IMG/VR virus record: IMGVR_UViG_3300032321_000391
Span: 1-39,336 of that record
Strand: one strand, 5' to 3'
From: a virus
Lineage: Duplodnaviria > Caudoviricetes
DNA: 39,336 nucleotides
The position numbers and the translations under genes are program-made. Shown here in pieces: positions 1 to 9,182 of this stretch. The notes beneath the pieces are model-generated. The model did not search any database. It saw nothing but the letters and a program-made list of their open reading frames with translations, and was not told the origin of the DNA. Position 1 is the first letter of the stretch. Each line of letters starts with the position of its first letter.

Positions 1-50
1 CCTAGTAGAGTCCATAGTTGGTCAACCATATCTTTCATTATTTTCTTCAT
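1..50 (-). CDS. 5' fragment of a small, probably membrane, protein (MKKIMKDMVDQLWTLL...), truncated by the window edge
   Basis: ATG at 50 overlaps the TGA of the 452-aa gene (ATGA coupling); frame is open to position 1. Confidence 0.6.
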   Translation of the reverse strand, partial: MKKIMKDMVDQLWTLL

Positions 51-1405
51 GGTTTTCTCCTATAGGCTGCTGCTCCTGCCATGCCTGCTGCATTAACTGC
101 AGCCTGCCCAGCAATAACTGATGCGATGATAATTTTTTCTGACTCTGCTCTTTCTTCAACTGACATGTCAGCACCGATACTTGCAATAGCAAGGAGTGCT
201 TGTGCTGGGTCAGTAAAGAGTGCAGCAACAAGGGCTGCTGGGTTTTCTAATACAACCAGCGCTGCTGCTACTTCTGCTGTGATAACAACTTCGTTACCGT
301 TCTCATCTTGACGAACTTCAACTGGTGTATCGGGTGGTAAATCTTCATAGGTTAAACCTGCATCTTGGATAGCCTGTGCCGTGACTGGCTCACCATGTGC
401 TGCTTCAATCAGTGCGTCTGCCACCACTGCTCGTTCTTCTGGTGTAGAATCTTCTGTAGCCACAACAGGTGGCTCAGGTGCTACAGCAGGAGGTTCAGAT
501 GGAGCAGGTTCAGGAATTGAAGGACCAGGAACTTCCTCTGGAGGAGCAGGAACTGGGTCAGGCTGAGGCTCTGGTTGAGGCTGAGGTTCAGGCTCTACTG
601 GGGCAGGCTCGGGTTCAACTGCAGTCTCTGGAGGCGCAGGTTCGGGTTCTGGCTGCACTTCTGGTGCAGGCTCAGGTTGCGGTTCAGGAATTGGTTGAGG
701 GTCTGCTGCAGGAGGAGGAGTTGACTCAGGTTGAGGAGGCTCAGGAACTGGTGGTGTCTGTATTTCCACTGGCTCAGGCACAACCACAGGCGGTGGGCTT
801 GGAACAGGCACTGGGTCGGGAACTGGTTGAGGTTGAGGATTTACAGGCTCTACCACTACTGTCATTGTATCAACCAAAGTAGTTGAAGTTTCAACAATAG
901 AAGTAGGAGTATCAGATGGACTTGGTAATGGACTTGGGGTCGGGCTGGATGATTGGGTTGATTCTGGGGATGGTGACGGGGATGGTGGTGTCACTGGTTC
1001 TGTTGAAGGACTCGGGGAACTTGTGGCTGTGGGAGTCTCGGAAGGTTGAACGACTGGAGAAGGAGTTGGCTCAGGCGAAGGAGAAGTTGCGGGAGCAGCA
1101 CTTGGCTCTGGGCTGGGATTTACAGTAGGCGCAATGCCATTGTAATACCATGTGCTTTCAGGCGCAGTTGTGCTTACGAAAGTAGTCCAACCACCTGATG
1201 CTATCTGACAAAAGAGTGCAGCAATGTTACCTTTACCTTCAAAGAAGCCAGTTGTATTATCCCAACCAACTCTAAAGTCTTTAGATACGCCAGCATCATT
1301 GGCGCAGACAACAGTTATTTGACCTGTTTGTTCTGCATGTGCTGGTGAAAAGAAAGAAGTTCCGAAGATAACGAATAAGACTGCAAGTAAACGGGGAAGT
1401 TTCAC
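47..1405 (-). CDS. Secreted/membrane-anchored Pro-rich protein
   Basis: Sec-type signal peptide (MKLPRLLAVLFVIFG...AHA), long PS/PE/PQ low-complexity linker, hydrophobic Ala-rich C-terminus ending in basic RRKP. Confidence 0.8.
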   Translation of the reverse strand: MKLPRLLAVLFVIFGTSFFSPAHAEQTGQITVVCANDAGVSKDFRVGWDNTTGFFEGKGNIAALFCQIASGGWTTFVSTTAPESTWYYNGIAPTVNPSPEPSAAPATSPSPEPTPSPVVQPSETPTATSSPSPSTEPVTPPSPSPSPESTQSSSPTPSPLPSPSDTPTSIVETSTTLVDTMTVVVEPVNPQPQPVPDPVPVPSPPPVVVPEPVEIQTPPVPEPPQPESTPPPAADPQPIPEPQPEPAPEVQPEPEPAPPETAVEPEPAPVEPEPQPQPEPQPDPVPAPPEEVPGPSIPEPAPSEPPAVAPEPPVVATEDSTPEERAVVADALIEAAHGEPVTAQAIQDAGLTYEDLPPDTPVEVRQDENGNEVVITAEVAAALVVLENPAALVAALFTDPAQALLAIASIGADMSVEERAESEKIIIASVIAGQAAVNAAGMAGAAAYRRKP

Positions 1406-1422
1406 TTGTACCTTTCGGTTAG

Positions 1423-1623
1423 TTATTTAGTTTGTTTACATAAAATTTCATAGATGCGGTCAACGCGTTCCTCTAATCTGTCAACGGAATCGCGGAGGCT
1501 TGAGCCACTGTTCGGTCTTAATTCAGAAAGATAATGTTTGACTAACCAACGCACTGCACCAGTAAAGCCAGCGGTCAAAGTCATAAGGGCTATGGATATA
1601 CCAAGCCAGTCAGTAGGTGTCAT
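1423..1623 (-). CDS. Small single-TM protein with coiled-coil tail (lysis-region membrane protein)
   Basis: N-terminal TM helix followed by LRPNSGSSLRDSVDRLE, a motif typical of small actinophage membrane proteins. Confidence 0.7.
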   Translation of the reverse strand: MTPTDWLGISIALMTLTAGFTGAVRWLVKHYLSELRPNSGSSLRDSVDRLEERVDRIYEILCKQTK

Positions 1624-3653
1624 TAGACTACCGTTCTGGCAATGACTTGGATGATACCGCCAAAGCCTGTGTAGTTGCGGTTGGATGGAGTGGAGCGAGT
1701 AAAGGTTACTTGGTCAATGATTACTTCAAATGGGTCACCGCCTGCGTTAAAGTCTTGGAGAATAACAGTCTCTCCCATTGCTTCAATAGTTTCTAGCGCA
1801 AGCAAGCGTTCCTTTGCATAGCCTTCATAGCCAATAATGTTGCCAGTTCTATCTGTTTCTTTGTCATAACAGAACAGCGGAATCTGGATGATGCGTGCAC
1901 GAGTAGGTGTAGGCAAAGCCTTAACTGCAACGCCAACAACTACAGGACCAGTGGTTGCATCAGTTGAATTGCGGTTCATAACAATTTTAAATGAAGCATC
2001 TGGCGATGCATCTGCATATTCATTGGTCAAGTTAATATCTGCAGTGGTGCCAGTACCTTCATACAATGTGGTAATAATAGTGTCAGCAGTTGGACCAATC
2101 TTGTACACTTCAATGTCACCATTGGCTGTGTCATCAGTGGTACGAATACGGATACGCTTCCATGCTTTGTTCTCCATAGTATCGTAACGGATACGACCAC
2201 CTCGGAGTTGTCCTGTTGGAACTAAATCTGTTGGGTGCTGTAACCAGACACCAGAACCTGAGATTGCAAATGCAACTTGATTTAAAGTACCAAGGATGCG
2301 AACACCCTTAACTGCACCAGTAACGCTATCTGCAAATGCATCTGTTGCACGAGCATAGACACCAGTAGAGATAGGTTGAGCGTACCCGATAAGGGTCAAT
2401 GGCTGACCAAGGTTCATACGCATGGTGCCTGAGTTGCTGTTTACGCCTTGAGTATGACCAGCCCAAATATAAGAGTCACGACCTTCAAAGTCATAAACAC
2501 CGTTCTCATTGTGAAATACCAACGGTCCATAATTCATGTCACCGTTCTGGTCTAGGGTTGCAATGCGTGCACCTTTGCTTGTGCCAACCATAAGGTATGT
2601 ACCAAGGTAGGTATAGAGCGACCTAATAACTTCACCTCGTGGCATAACGGCTGCAGTAATAATAGTACCTAATGCGCCAGTTGCATCAACTGCTAGTTTA
2701 AAAATACTAGAGTGGTCGCCAGCATACCCACCTAGATAAATGGCATTAGAACCTTCTGCCACTGCAGTCCATGTCCACAACACTGGCATATTTGTTGAAC
2801 CATTGATAAGTGTTCCGTGGGTTGATGCCATAGATGGTTTAATATCTGATGCAGCACCAGAACCTTTATCTGGAAAAGTTAATTGGTAGGCTGCGTATGT
2901 TCCATTGGTAAACTTAAGTCCTGCAATTACACGGCTCTTAACATACTTAAGGGCTACATGTTCTAATGTTAATCCATTGTAAGTATATTGCTTATGTGTT
3001 GTACCGTCAGATAACTTAACATCGTACATACCAGCAGTGGTAGCCACATACATGTATGTACCATCAGAGGTTGTACCGAGGATTGTTTCATTGCTGATAG
3101 ATGAGTAATTAACTAAGGCTGTAGATGTACCAGAACTTGTAATCTTATACAAGGCTGTAGTTTGTGTAGTGCGTGGAGCCAAGTCAGTGGCAATAAGAAA
3201 AGCAACACCAGAAGTATCAGCGCCTGTATCAATCTTGCAGTCACCAGTAAAAGCCTGAACAAGTGTAGACTTTTTAAGAAGGTTAATCTGTCCTGGAGTC
3301 CATGGGTCTATGCCATAGGAATCTCTGTAACGAAAGCGAACCTCGTTATCGTTACCTTCCATTGGCTCAGTAAATTGGATGCCTTCACCGTAGTGCCATG
3401 ATGACTGTGAGCGAGTCCAATAACCTGAACCAGCCAGTGTGTGCTCACCAGGGTCACGCATCTGGTCCACACGCTGAGCACGAAACTCTGCAGTCTGTCG
3501 CTTGTATGGTGTGTTGTCAGTGATAGCCATGATAAATGGCAAGCCACCAAGAGCCACATCAAAAGCATTAGCGTTGAGGTCATAGTATGTAGATAGGCGA
3601 CCTGATAAATCAATTATCGTGCGTTCGGTAATATCTGGACTGCGTGATACCAC
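1623..3653 (-). CDS. Tail structural protein (putative nozzle/tail tubular B-like, beta-rich)
   Basis: 676-aa beta-rich ORF in the tail module, AAGGAG RBS; function inferred from size and position. Confidence 0.6.
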   Translation of the reverse strand: MVSRSPDITERTIIDLSGRLSTYYDLNANAFDVALGGLPFIMAITDNTPYKRQTAEFRAQRVDQMRDPGEHTLAGSGYWTRSQSSWHYGEGIQFTEPMEGNDNEVRFRYRDSYGIDPWTPGQINLLKKSTLVQAFTGDCKIDTGADTSGVAFLIATDLAPRTTQTTALYKITSSGTSTALVNYSSISNETILGTTSDGTYMYVATTAGMYDVKLSDGTTHKQYTYNGLTLEHVALKYVKSRVIAGLKFTNGTYAAYQLTFPDKGSGAASDIKPSMASTHGTLINGSTNMPVLWTWTAVAEGSNAIYLGGYAGDHSSIFKLAVDATGALGTIITAAVMPRGEVIRSLYTYLGTYLMVGTSKGARIATLDQNGDMNYGPLVFHNENGVYDFEGRDSYIWAGHTQGVNSNSGTMRMNLGQPLTLIGYAQPISTGVYARATDAFADSVTGAVKGVRILGTLNQVAFAISGSGVWLQHPTDLVPTGQLRGGRIRYDTMENKAWKRIRIRTTDDTANGDIEVYKIGPTADTIITTLYEGTGTTADINLTNEYADASPDASFKIVMNRNSTDATTGPVVVGVAVKALPTPTRARIIQIPLFCYDKETDRTGNIIGYEGYAKERLLALETIEAMGETVILQDFNAGGDPFEVIIDQVTFTRSTPSNRNYTGFGGIIQVIARTVV

Positions 3654-3679
3654 TATGACTCCTTATGTATTAAGACAAA

Positions 3680-3913
3680 TTAAAGAACAATTGTTGCTGC
3701 TTCTGCTTCTGTAAGCGGTGTGCCTGCTACTAACTTAGCCTTAGCAGATGCTTTAAGCGCAGCAAGTGCTGTTGCTGCTGCTTCGCGTTCAGCATTTAGT
3801 GCAGCCATTTCTTCACGCATTGTTTTTAAATCAGCAATTTCTGCATCAGTGAGTTCGCGTGTAACAGTTTCTCCTGTTTCACAGTTGTGTTCTATTGTTG
3901 TTGGTCGTGTCAT
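3680..3913 (-). CDS. Small tail-fibre-associated protein (possible chaperone)
   Basis: 77 aa, AAGGAG RBS, follows the three fibre-like paralogues. Confidence 0.55.
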   Translation of the reverse strand: MTRPTTIEHNCETGETVTRELTDAEIADLKTMREEMAALNAEREAAATALAALKASAKAKLVAGTPLTEAEAATIVL

Positions 3914-3923
3914 TTGTTTCTCC

Positions 3924-4451
3924 TTATGATGTTAAGCCGTATAAGTATGCAGTAGAATACTGATACCAAGTTGTTGCTACTTCTGGAATTATAGATATTT
4001 GAGTAATTGCAGAAGTTCCAGACCATTTTCCACCTGCAATTTGCATATATGTAGTTGATGCATTGTTGTCATTACCGCCATTAGTAGAAAATACTTTTTC
4101 AACACTGCTAGTGTAATTTGGAATTGTAATATAATTACTTCCGTGAGAACCAGCAGTTGCTAAATCAGCACCAGAAATACCTGCACCACCATAAGAAGCA
4201 CCGTTATCAGAACTTGTATTATTTCCACTACCACCAGCATTAATCATACGAATAAATGTATAATTTCCCGAAGTATTATCGCCATTAAATCTAATAAAAG
4301 TTCCGTCTGATTGCAAGGTGCTTCTATTTACGCGCCCAGACCACAAAATAACTAAGTGGGTATAACTTTGAGAAATAGAAGAAAATGTCATAGCAGATTG
4401 CCCACCTGAACCAACATTTACGCTTCCAAGAAATGTCATATTAGTTGCCAT
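3924..4451 (-). CDS. Tail fibre/receptor-binding-like protein, paralogue 3
   Basis: Shares FxSI/VxxxY/FTHL...NYx...G...AIT.I...LYG motifs with the two upstream ORFs. Confidence 0.65.
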   Translation of the reverse strand: MATNMTFLGSVNVGSGGQSAMTFSSISQSYTHLVILWSGRVNRSTLQSDGTFIRFNGDNTSGNYTFIRMINAGGSGNNTSSDNGASYGGAGISGADLATAGSHGSNYITIPNYTSSVEKVFSTNGGNDNNASTTYMQIAGGKWSGTSAITQISIIPEVATTWYQYSTAYLYGLTS

Positions 4452-4987
4452 TATGATGCTGCCTTAATCCCATAAAGGGTTACAATTGAACCTGATGCAA
4501 TGTTATTGCTTGAGCCATTACCACCAATTGTAATTGTATCTACAGTAGCGGTGTTGTTCCACATGCCAGCATATCTTTCAGTTCCTTTTCCAGCACCTGT
4601 TGTTAAAGTATTCTGCGCAACAAAAGCCGTCTTTTGATTAGCGTTTGTATATCCTAATAGATTTATTTCGTAAGCACCCCACTCATCACTTGAATAACCA
4701 GATGCTCTGTTTAATGATAATGATGTACCAGAGTTTATTCTTTCAGAGTTTGCTCCACTGCCAGTTCCATACATAGTCAATTGAGAATAGTTTGAACCAG
4801 AGTCTGCGCTTCCTCCATTTCCTACTCGCATATAGATAGATGCGTAATTAGTACTTGTTCCTTTAAGAGTGGCAGTCATAATTAAATGCGTAAAAGTAGA
4901 AGGAACGCTTGTAAATGTATACGAAGCAGAACTACTGTTAGGAAAAGTATAACTAGCAATTTTTTCATAAGTATTATATTTTGGCAT
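4451..4987 (-). CDS. Tail fibre/receptor-binding-like protein, paralogue 2
   Basis: FTSVPSTFTHL...DSGSNYS...TLYGIKAA. Confidence 0.65.
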   Translation of the reverse strand: MPKYNTYEKIASYTFPNSSSASYTFTSVPSTFTHLIMTATLKGTSTNYASIYMRVGNGGSADSGSNYSQLTMYGTGSGANSERINSGTSLSLNRASGYSSDEWGAYEINLLGYTNANQKTAFVAQNTLTTGAGKGTERYAGMWNNTATVDTITIGGNGSSNNIASGSIVTLYGIKAAS

Positions 4988-4989
4988 TA

Positions 4990-5574
4990 TTACGCACCCT
5001 TAATTCCGTATAAAGAAATTTCACTATATGCAGCAAGTGCAGTTGAATTGTTATTAAAGAACTTAATGTTTGTAATTGCACTACCGCTATACCAGTTACC
5101 AGTTATCTGCGCATAGGTTGGTGTATAACTTGCGCTATACATGCTTTTACCTTCGTTAATTAACGCAGTTTTATTTTTGTTTGCGTTTTTGTAATCTAAA
5201 AGATTAATAATAAAAGAACCAAATGTGCTTGCAGTTGTTCCGCTATAAGGTAATTGAGCAGCAAAAATTGAACTAGTTGATGAAGCATAAGCGCTGTTTA
5301 GTGAAGCAGCGCCTTCACCATACATTAAGTGCCAAGAATAATTAGCACCAGTGTCAATACTTCCGTTACCTAATTGCATATACAAATCAGCATCACCAGT
5401 ATTACTTCTTACCATACCGCGTATTTGTAAATGCGTATAGTCTTGGGGAATACTAGTGAACGCAATAGAAGTTTCTCCACCAGCCAGAATTTGAGTTGCA
5501 ATAGCATCATAGGTTCCAGTGGTAAATGCACTTGGCTTTGAAGAAGCAACTACACCTTTTAATATAGGACTCAT
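4990..5574 (-). CDS. Tail fibre/receptor-binding-like protein, paralogue 1
   Basis: FTSIPQDYTHLQIR...DTGANYS...SLYGIKGA. Confidence 0.65.
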   Translation of the reverse strand: MSPILKGVVASSKPSAFTTGTYDAIATQILAGGETSIAFTSIPQDYTHLQIRGMVRSNTGDADLYMQLGNGSIDTGANYSWHLMYGEGAASLNSAYASSTSSIFAAQLPYSGTTASTFGSFIINLLDYKNANKNKTALINEGKSMYSASYTPTYAQITGNWYSGSAITNIKFFNNNSTALAAYSEISLYGIKGA

Positions 5575-6041
5575 TAGGCAATATCTCCCACGATTGTAAC
5601 CGTAGGTGAAGCGCCTCCTGTTTTATAGTAAACGGTAGCACCTGCGTAGGCTGCACGAATCTTAGGTGCTGCAGTTGCTGCACCAGTTGAAACGATTGTG
5701 ACACCTGAGCCAGCAGCAAAGGTAACTTGACCTGCTGCATCTTGAAGGATTGTAATGTTATCTCCTGCAGCAAATACGCTGGCTGGAACTGTAACTGTTA
5801 CACCTGTTGCATTGGTTGTTGTAACAATGTTGTTAGCATCAGCCAAGGCTAATGTGTAAGTTGTACCAGATGTTGTACCAGTGGTTGCACGCTGTTTAGA
5901 TAGAGGAACTCCACCTGCTGTTGAACCATCGTGTACTACTACTGTGTTTTTTGTGGTATCAACTGTCAGTTCACCAGCAAGCCCTGTAAAGGAAGTGTGA
6001 GCAGAAGTTGTACCTCGTCTGCGTTGAAATGCAAATGCCAT
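5574..6041 (-). CDS. Tail fibre protein with Mtd N-terminal-like domain
   Basis: QRRRGTTSAHTSFTGLAGELTVDTTKNTVVVHDGSTAGGVPL closely resembles the N-terminus of Bordetella phage BPP-1 Mtd; ATG 6041 is coupled to the upstream TAA. Confidence 0.75.
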   Translation of the reverse strand: MAFAFQRRRGTTSAHTSFTGLAGELTVDTTKNTVVVHDGSTAGGVPLSKQRATTGTTSGTTYTLALADANNIVTTTNATGVTVTVPASVFAAGDNITILQDAAGQVTFAAGSGVTIVSTGAATAAPKIRAAYAGATVYYKTGGASPTVTIVGDIA

Positions 6042-7594
6042 TATACTGTTCCCCAATCGGATAGGCTTGCCCAGGAAGCGGTTGTACCATTGTTAGTTAG
6101 GAAGTAGCCATTTACTCCTGCAGTAATGGCTGGGATATATCCTGCTGCAGCGGTTGCGCTGGCAGCAGCGGATGTAGCAGAAGTTGCTGCAGCCGTTGCC
6201 GATGCTGCTGCGGATGTAGCCGAAGTAGCAGCGGATGTTGCTGATGTTGCTGCCGATGTTGCACTAGTGGCAGCAGCGGTTTGAGATGTTAAAGCAGATG
6301 ATGCGCTAGTAGAAGCAGATGATGCGCTTGTTGCTGCTGCACTCTGACTTGTTAATGCACTACTTGCGCTAGTAGATGCAGATGAAGCAGATGTTGCTGC
6401 ACTGGTAGCACTTGTTGCAGCGCTTGTAGCGCTTGTTGCTGCACTGGTTGCAGATGTTCCAGCACTTGATGCTGCACTTGCGCTTGCTGCAGCGCTGGTT
6501 GCGCTAGTTGCTGCTGATGTTGCAGAAGTTGCAGCACTACTAGCAGAAGTTGCAGCCGATGATGCGCTGGTTGCTGCAGATGAGGCAGATGTATTAGCGC
6601 TTGCTGCTACTGTAGCAATGTTGATATATGTAGTTGAAGTAGTATCTGTATCACCAATAGAACCCATATCACGAACAAGACCAGCACCAGTTGTATCTGT
6701 AATTTGTACATAAGAAGCAGCAGCACTTGAAGCACTTGTTGATGCTGCAGTAGCACTGTTAGCAGCGCTGGTTGCTGATGTAGCAGCAGAGGTAGCCGAT
6801 GTTGCAGCAGCCGTGGCTGAGTTAGCAGCAGATGTGGCACTTGTTGCAGCAGATGATGCATAACTTGCAATACTTGCTACAGAAGCAGCAGCAGCGCTTG
6901 CGCTATTAGCAGCAGAAGTAGCGCTAGTGGCTGCACTTGTAGCGCTAGTTGCTGCAGCAGTTGCATAACTAGAATTAGTTGTAATCAAACCATCTACATA
7001 ACCTTTGGTTGCAGCCTGACCACTTGTACTTGGTGATGAAAGACCAGTTACAGTAGAGCCTGTGATGGTACCGCCAGAGATGGTACCGCTGGACATATCA
7101 ACAGTAGAGGCAATAGTTGTGCCAGTACCAAGAGTCTTGCGTGTAAGAGTTACAGCCTGGGTAGAACCAACTATTGAACCATCGCCAGATACAAGTCCGT
7201 GAACATGCGAGTCCACATTTGCAAGGATGCCTGAGTCAGCATCAAAGCCACGGGCTGCAATGTGTGTCTGCAATTCTTTAAACTCACGAGCAGATACGCC
7301 GTGTCTTACAGAAGAACCAGCAGCATGTGATACCGCTACGGTATTATCTTGTCCTCGTTTAATAGTAAGTGTAGTAGATGCAATAGCAGTTACTGTGACT
7401 ACTTCTTCTCTTGATGTATCTGGTTCAAGGATTAAAGTAAACGGTACTGTACCTGGAAAACCGCTGGCAGATACAATGGCAACGGATGTAGTAGTGTCAT
7501 CTGTTGCTGCCGATGTAATAGAACTGACCAGCGTTGTTTGAATCGCTGTTGCGGAGTAGTTCCGCTTTCTGGTACCTGGGTCGCCTGCTGCCAT
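6041..7594 (-). CDS. Long tail fibre with Ala/Ser/Thr heptad repeats
   Basis: N-terminal attachment-like region, AATKGYVD fibre motif, tens of SAATSAT-type repeats. Confidence 0.75.
   Translation of the reverse strand: MAAGDPGTRKRNYSATAIQTTLVSSITSAATDDTTTSVAIVSASGFPGTVPFTLILEPDTSREEVVTVTAIASTTLTIKRGQDNTVAVSHAAGSSVRHGVSAREFKELQTHIAARGFDADSGILANVDSHVHGLVSGDGSIVGSTQAVTLTRKTLGTGTTIASTVDMSSGTISGGTITGSTVTGLSSPSTSGQAATKGYVDGLITTNSSYATAAATSATSAATSATSAANSASAAAASVASIASYASSAATSATSAANSATAAATSATSAATSATSAANSATAASTSASSAAASYVQITDTTGAGLVRDMGSIGDTDTTSTTYINIATVAASANTSASSAATSASSAATSASSAATSATSAATSATSAAASASAASSAGTSATSAATSATSAATSATSAATSASSASTSASSALTSQSAAATSASSASTSASSALTSQTAAATSATSAATSATSAATSATSAAASATAAATSATSAAASATAAAGYIPAITAGVNGYFLTNNGTTASWASLSDWGTV
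6143..6965 (-). repeat. Degenerate 21-nt coding repeats (SAATSAT heptads) in two blocks
   Basis: Repeated peptide with synonymous variation, interrupted by a unique segment at ~6610-6715. Confidence 0.8.
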
Positions 7595-7603
7595 GTGGGT
7601 GCC

Positions 7604-8518
7604 TTATCTCTGATAGTGTGAACGAATAGGGAACTGACGGCGTTGGTTCTCCGCCACTTCGTTAAGACGAGTTGAATAGATATTGAACAAGAAGCGTGAT
7701 GCGTTCTCACCACTTCGTGCTCCACGCTGATTGTCAAGCACATCTGCTTCTGCAGATAGAGCGCCAAGGCGTGATGGGTCTAGGAAAGAAATCATACGAA
7801 AGGCTGCGCCATAAAGAACTACATCTTCTGAATAGTCAGGCATGCCAGTTACTGTTGAGTATTCTTGACTTGTTGCTGTTGTTAAATCAAACAGCGTTGG
7901 GCGCTTTGAATAAGCCACATTGACTGCTCGCCCTGGTACTACGGGGGAATAGATACCAAGTGAGTGACCAAAGTTTGTACCATCGCCAAAGGCTGTTGGG
8001 TTAGCAACGCGGTCTAGTTGCCACGCACGAACTGGAAGCCACTCTTTAGATGGTCCAATTACTGAGTGTGTTACTGATAAAACATTTTGCACGGCATCAG
8101 GGATGTCATAGGTTGTGCGTGCTGCAATATAGTTAAACTGATATTGACCAATAGCAAATATCTGTGGGTACATAGCGTTGAGTGTGTCATTGATGGCACG
8201 CTTAATCTCATAGCGTGGGAACAATGGAGATACCATTACTCGGTCTAGGTTATCGTGTGCTACCGCTGGTGTTCCGCGTTGTCCACGACCCCATGGCGCA
8301 AGGGTCAATACATTGTCAATGTTGTTAGTTGAGTTAACATACATAATCTCATCGCCAACTTGTACAAATCCACGACTTACAACATTAGCATCATTGACAG
8401 ATATAGTTGTTGCACCTGATGTTATAGCAGAAGTAAGCCATGTGGTTGATTCCATATTAAGGCTGTAGCCGTGAAGGAGCGTATCCACACGGTCAGTAAG
8501 TTGTTCAAGTGTACTCAT
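7604..8518 (-). CDS. Head-tail adaptor/tail tubular A-like protein
   Basis: 304 aa between capsid accessory genes and fibres; function inferred from position. Confidence 0.55.
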   Translation of the reverse strand: MSTLEQLTDRVDTLLHGYSLNMESTTWLTSAITSGATTISVNDANVVSRGFVQVGDEIMYVNSTNNIDNVLTLAPWGRGQRGTPAVAHDNLDRVMVSPLFPRYEIKRAINDTLNAMYPQIFAIGQYQFNYIAARTTYDIPDAVQNVLSVTHSVIGPSKEWLPVRAWQLDRVANPTAFGDGTNFGHSLGIYSPVVPGRAVNVAYSKRPTLFDLTTATSQEYSTVTGMPDYSEDVVLYGAAFRMISFLDPSRLGALSAEADVLDNQRGARSGENASRFLFNIYSTRLNEVAENQRRQFPIRSHYQR

Positions 8519-8790
8519 AGGTTAATGCTCCGTAGCGCTGATACCGCTGACTTGTTGGTAGTTGAAGCAAGTTCATTGCATACTGCATTAAGACCTGTAA
8601 ATGTCTTTGGGTCTGTACGACCTGCCTTAATGTTTAAAGCATGTACAGTTTCATAGGTGCGTGAAAGACCAGCCCACGCGCAGGCTGCTGCTGCTTCCTC
8701 AAGAAATTCTGTGCGTGCTGGGTAGGTGCCAGAGTTGGCAAGCCGATTTAATTCAGCAACTAGCGTTGAGCCTTCATAACCTGTAGCCAT
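8515..8790 (-). CDS. Hypothetical virion-module protein
   Basis: ATG 8790 coupled to upstream TAA; stop overlaps next ATG. Confidence 0.65.
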   Translation of the reverse strand: MATGYEGSTLVAELNRLANSGTYPARTEFLEEAAAACAWAGLSRTYETVHALNIKAGRTDPKTFTGLNAVCNELASTTNKSAVSALRSINL

Positions 8791-9047
8791 TACCATTTCA
8801 CCTTGTCTGCCCAATATGCTGCACTCATTTTGCCTTTGGCAATGTTTGTAGCATGACGAGCCTTGAACGATTTTTGTCTTGCTGTTGGAGTCTTATCTCC
8901 AGTGACACCCTGTTGACCAAAGCGAATAGTTTTAACCTCATCACCAGACTTAGCCACAACTACATGTGACTTTGTTGGGTGGCTTGGTGTGCGCTTTGGT
9001 TTATTAAAACCAGCCACTCCTGCTCGCTTTAGCCTTGGGTCTGTCAT
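8790..9047 (-). CDS. Small basic conserved phage protein
   Basis: KPKRTPSHPTKSHVVVAK...IRFGQQG...FKARH...SAAYWADKVKW; AAGGA RBS. Confidence 0.7.
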   Translation of the reverse strand: MTDPRLKRAGVAGFNKPKRTPSHPTKSHVVVAKSGDEVKTIRFGQQGVTGDKTPTARQKSFKARHATNIAKGKMSAAYWADKVKW

Positions 9048-9057
9048 TTACTTTCCT

Positions 9058-9180
9058 TTACTTATTGCCAAGAGTAGTTGGCTTATTAACTTCGGGAGCA
9101 GGGATACCGTAAGGGTTAACTGTTCCATAATTGTCATCTGAGTTGACTGTCTTTGTTCCGCATCCACATGTTGTGCACAT
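9058..9180 (-). CDS. 40-aa peptide with N-terminal MCTTCGCG metal-binding motif (not in ORF track)
   Basis: Translated by hand: MCTTCGCGTKTVNSDDNYGTVNPYGIPAPEVNKPTTLGNK*; fills the gap between two genes almost exactly. Confidence 0.7.
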   Translation of the reverse strand: MCTTCGCGTKTVNSDDNYGTVNPYGIPAPEVNKPTTLGNK

Positions 9181-9182
9181 GA

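Noticed and set aside
5574-6041. Diversity-generating retroelement suggested by the Mtd-like domain
   Set aside because: Only the N-terminal Mtd domain is present; no reverse transcriptase and no TR/VR repeat pair was seen in the window
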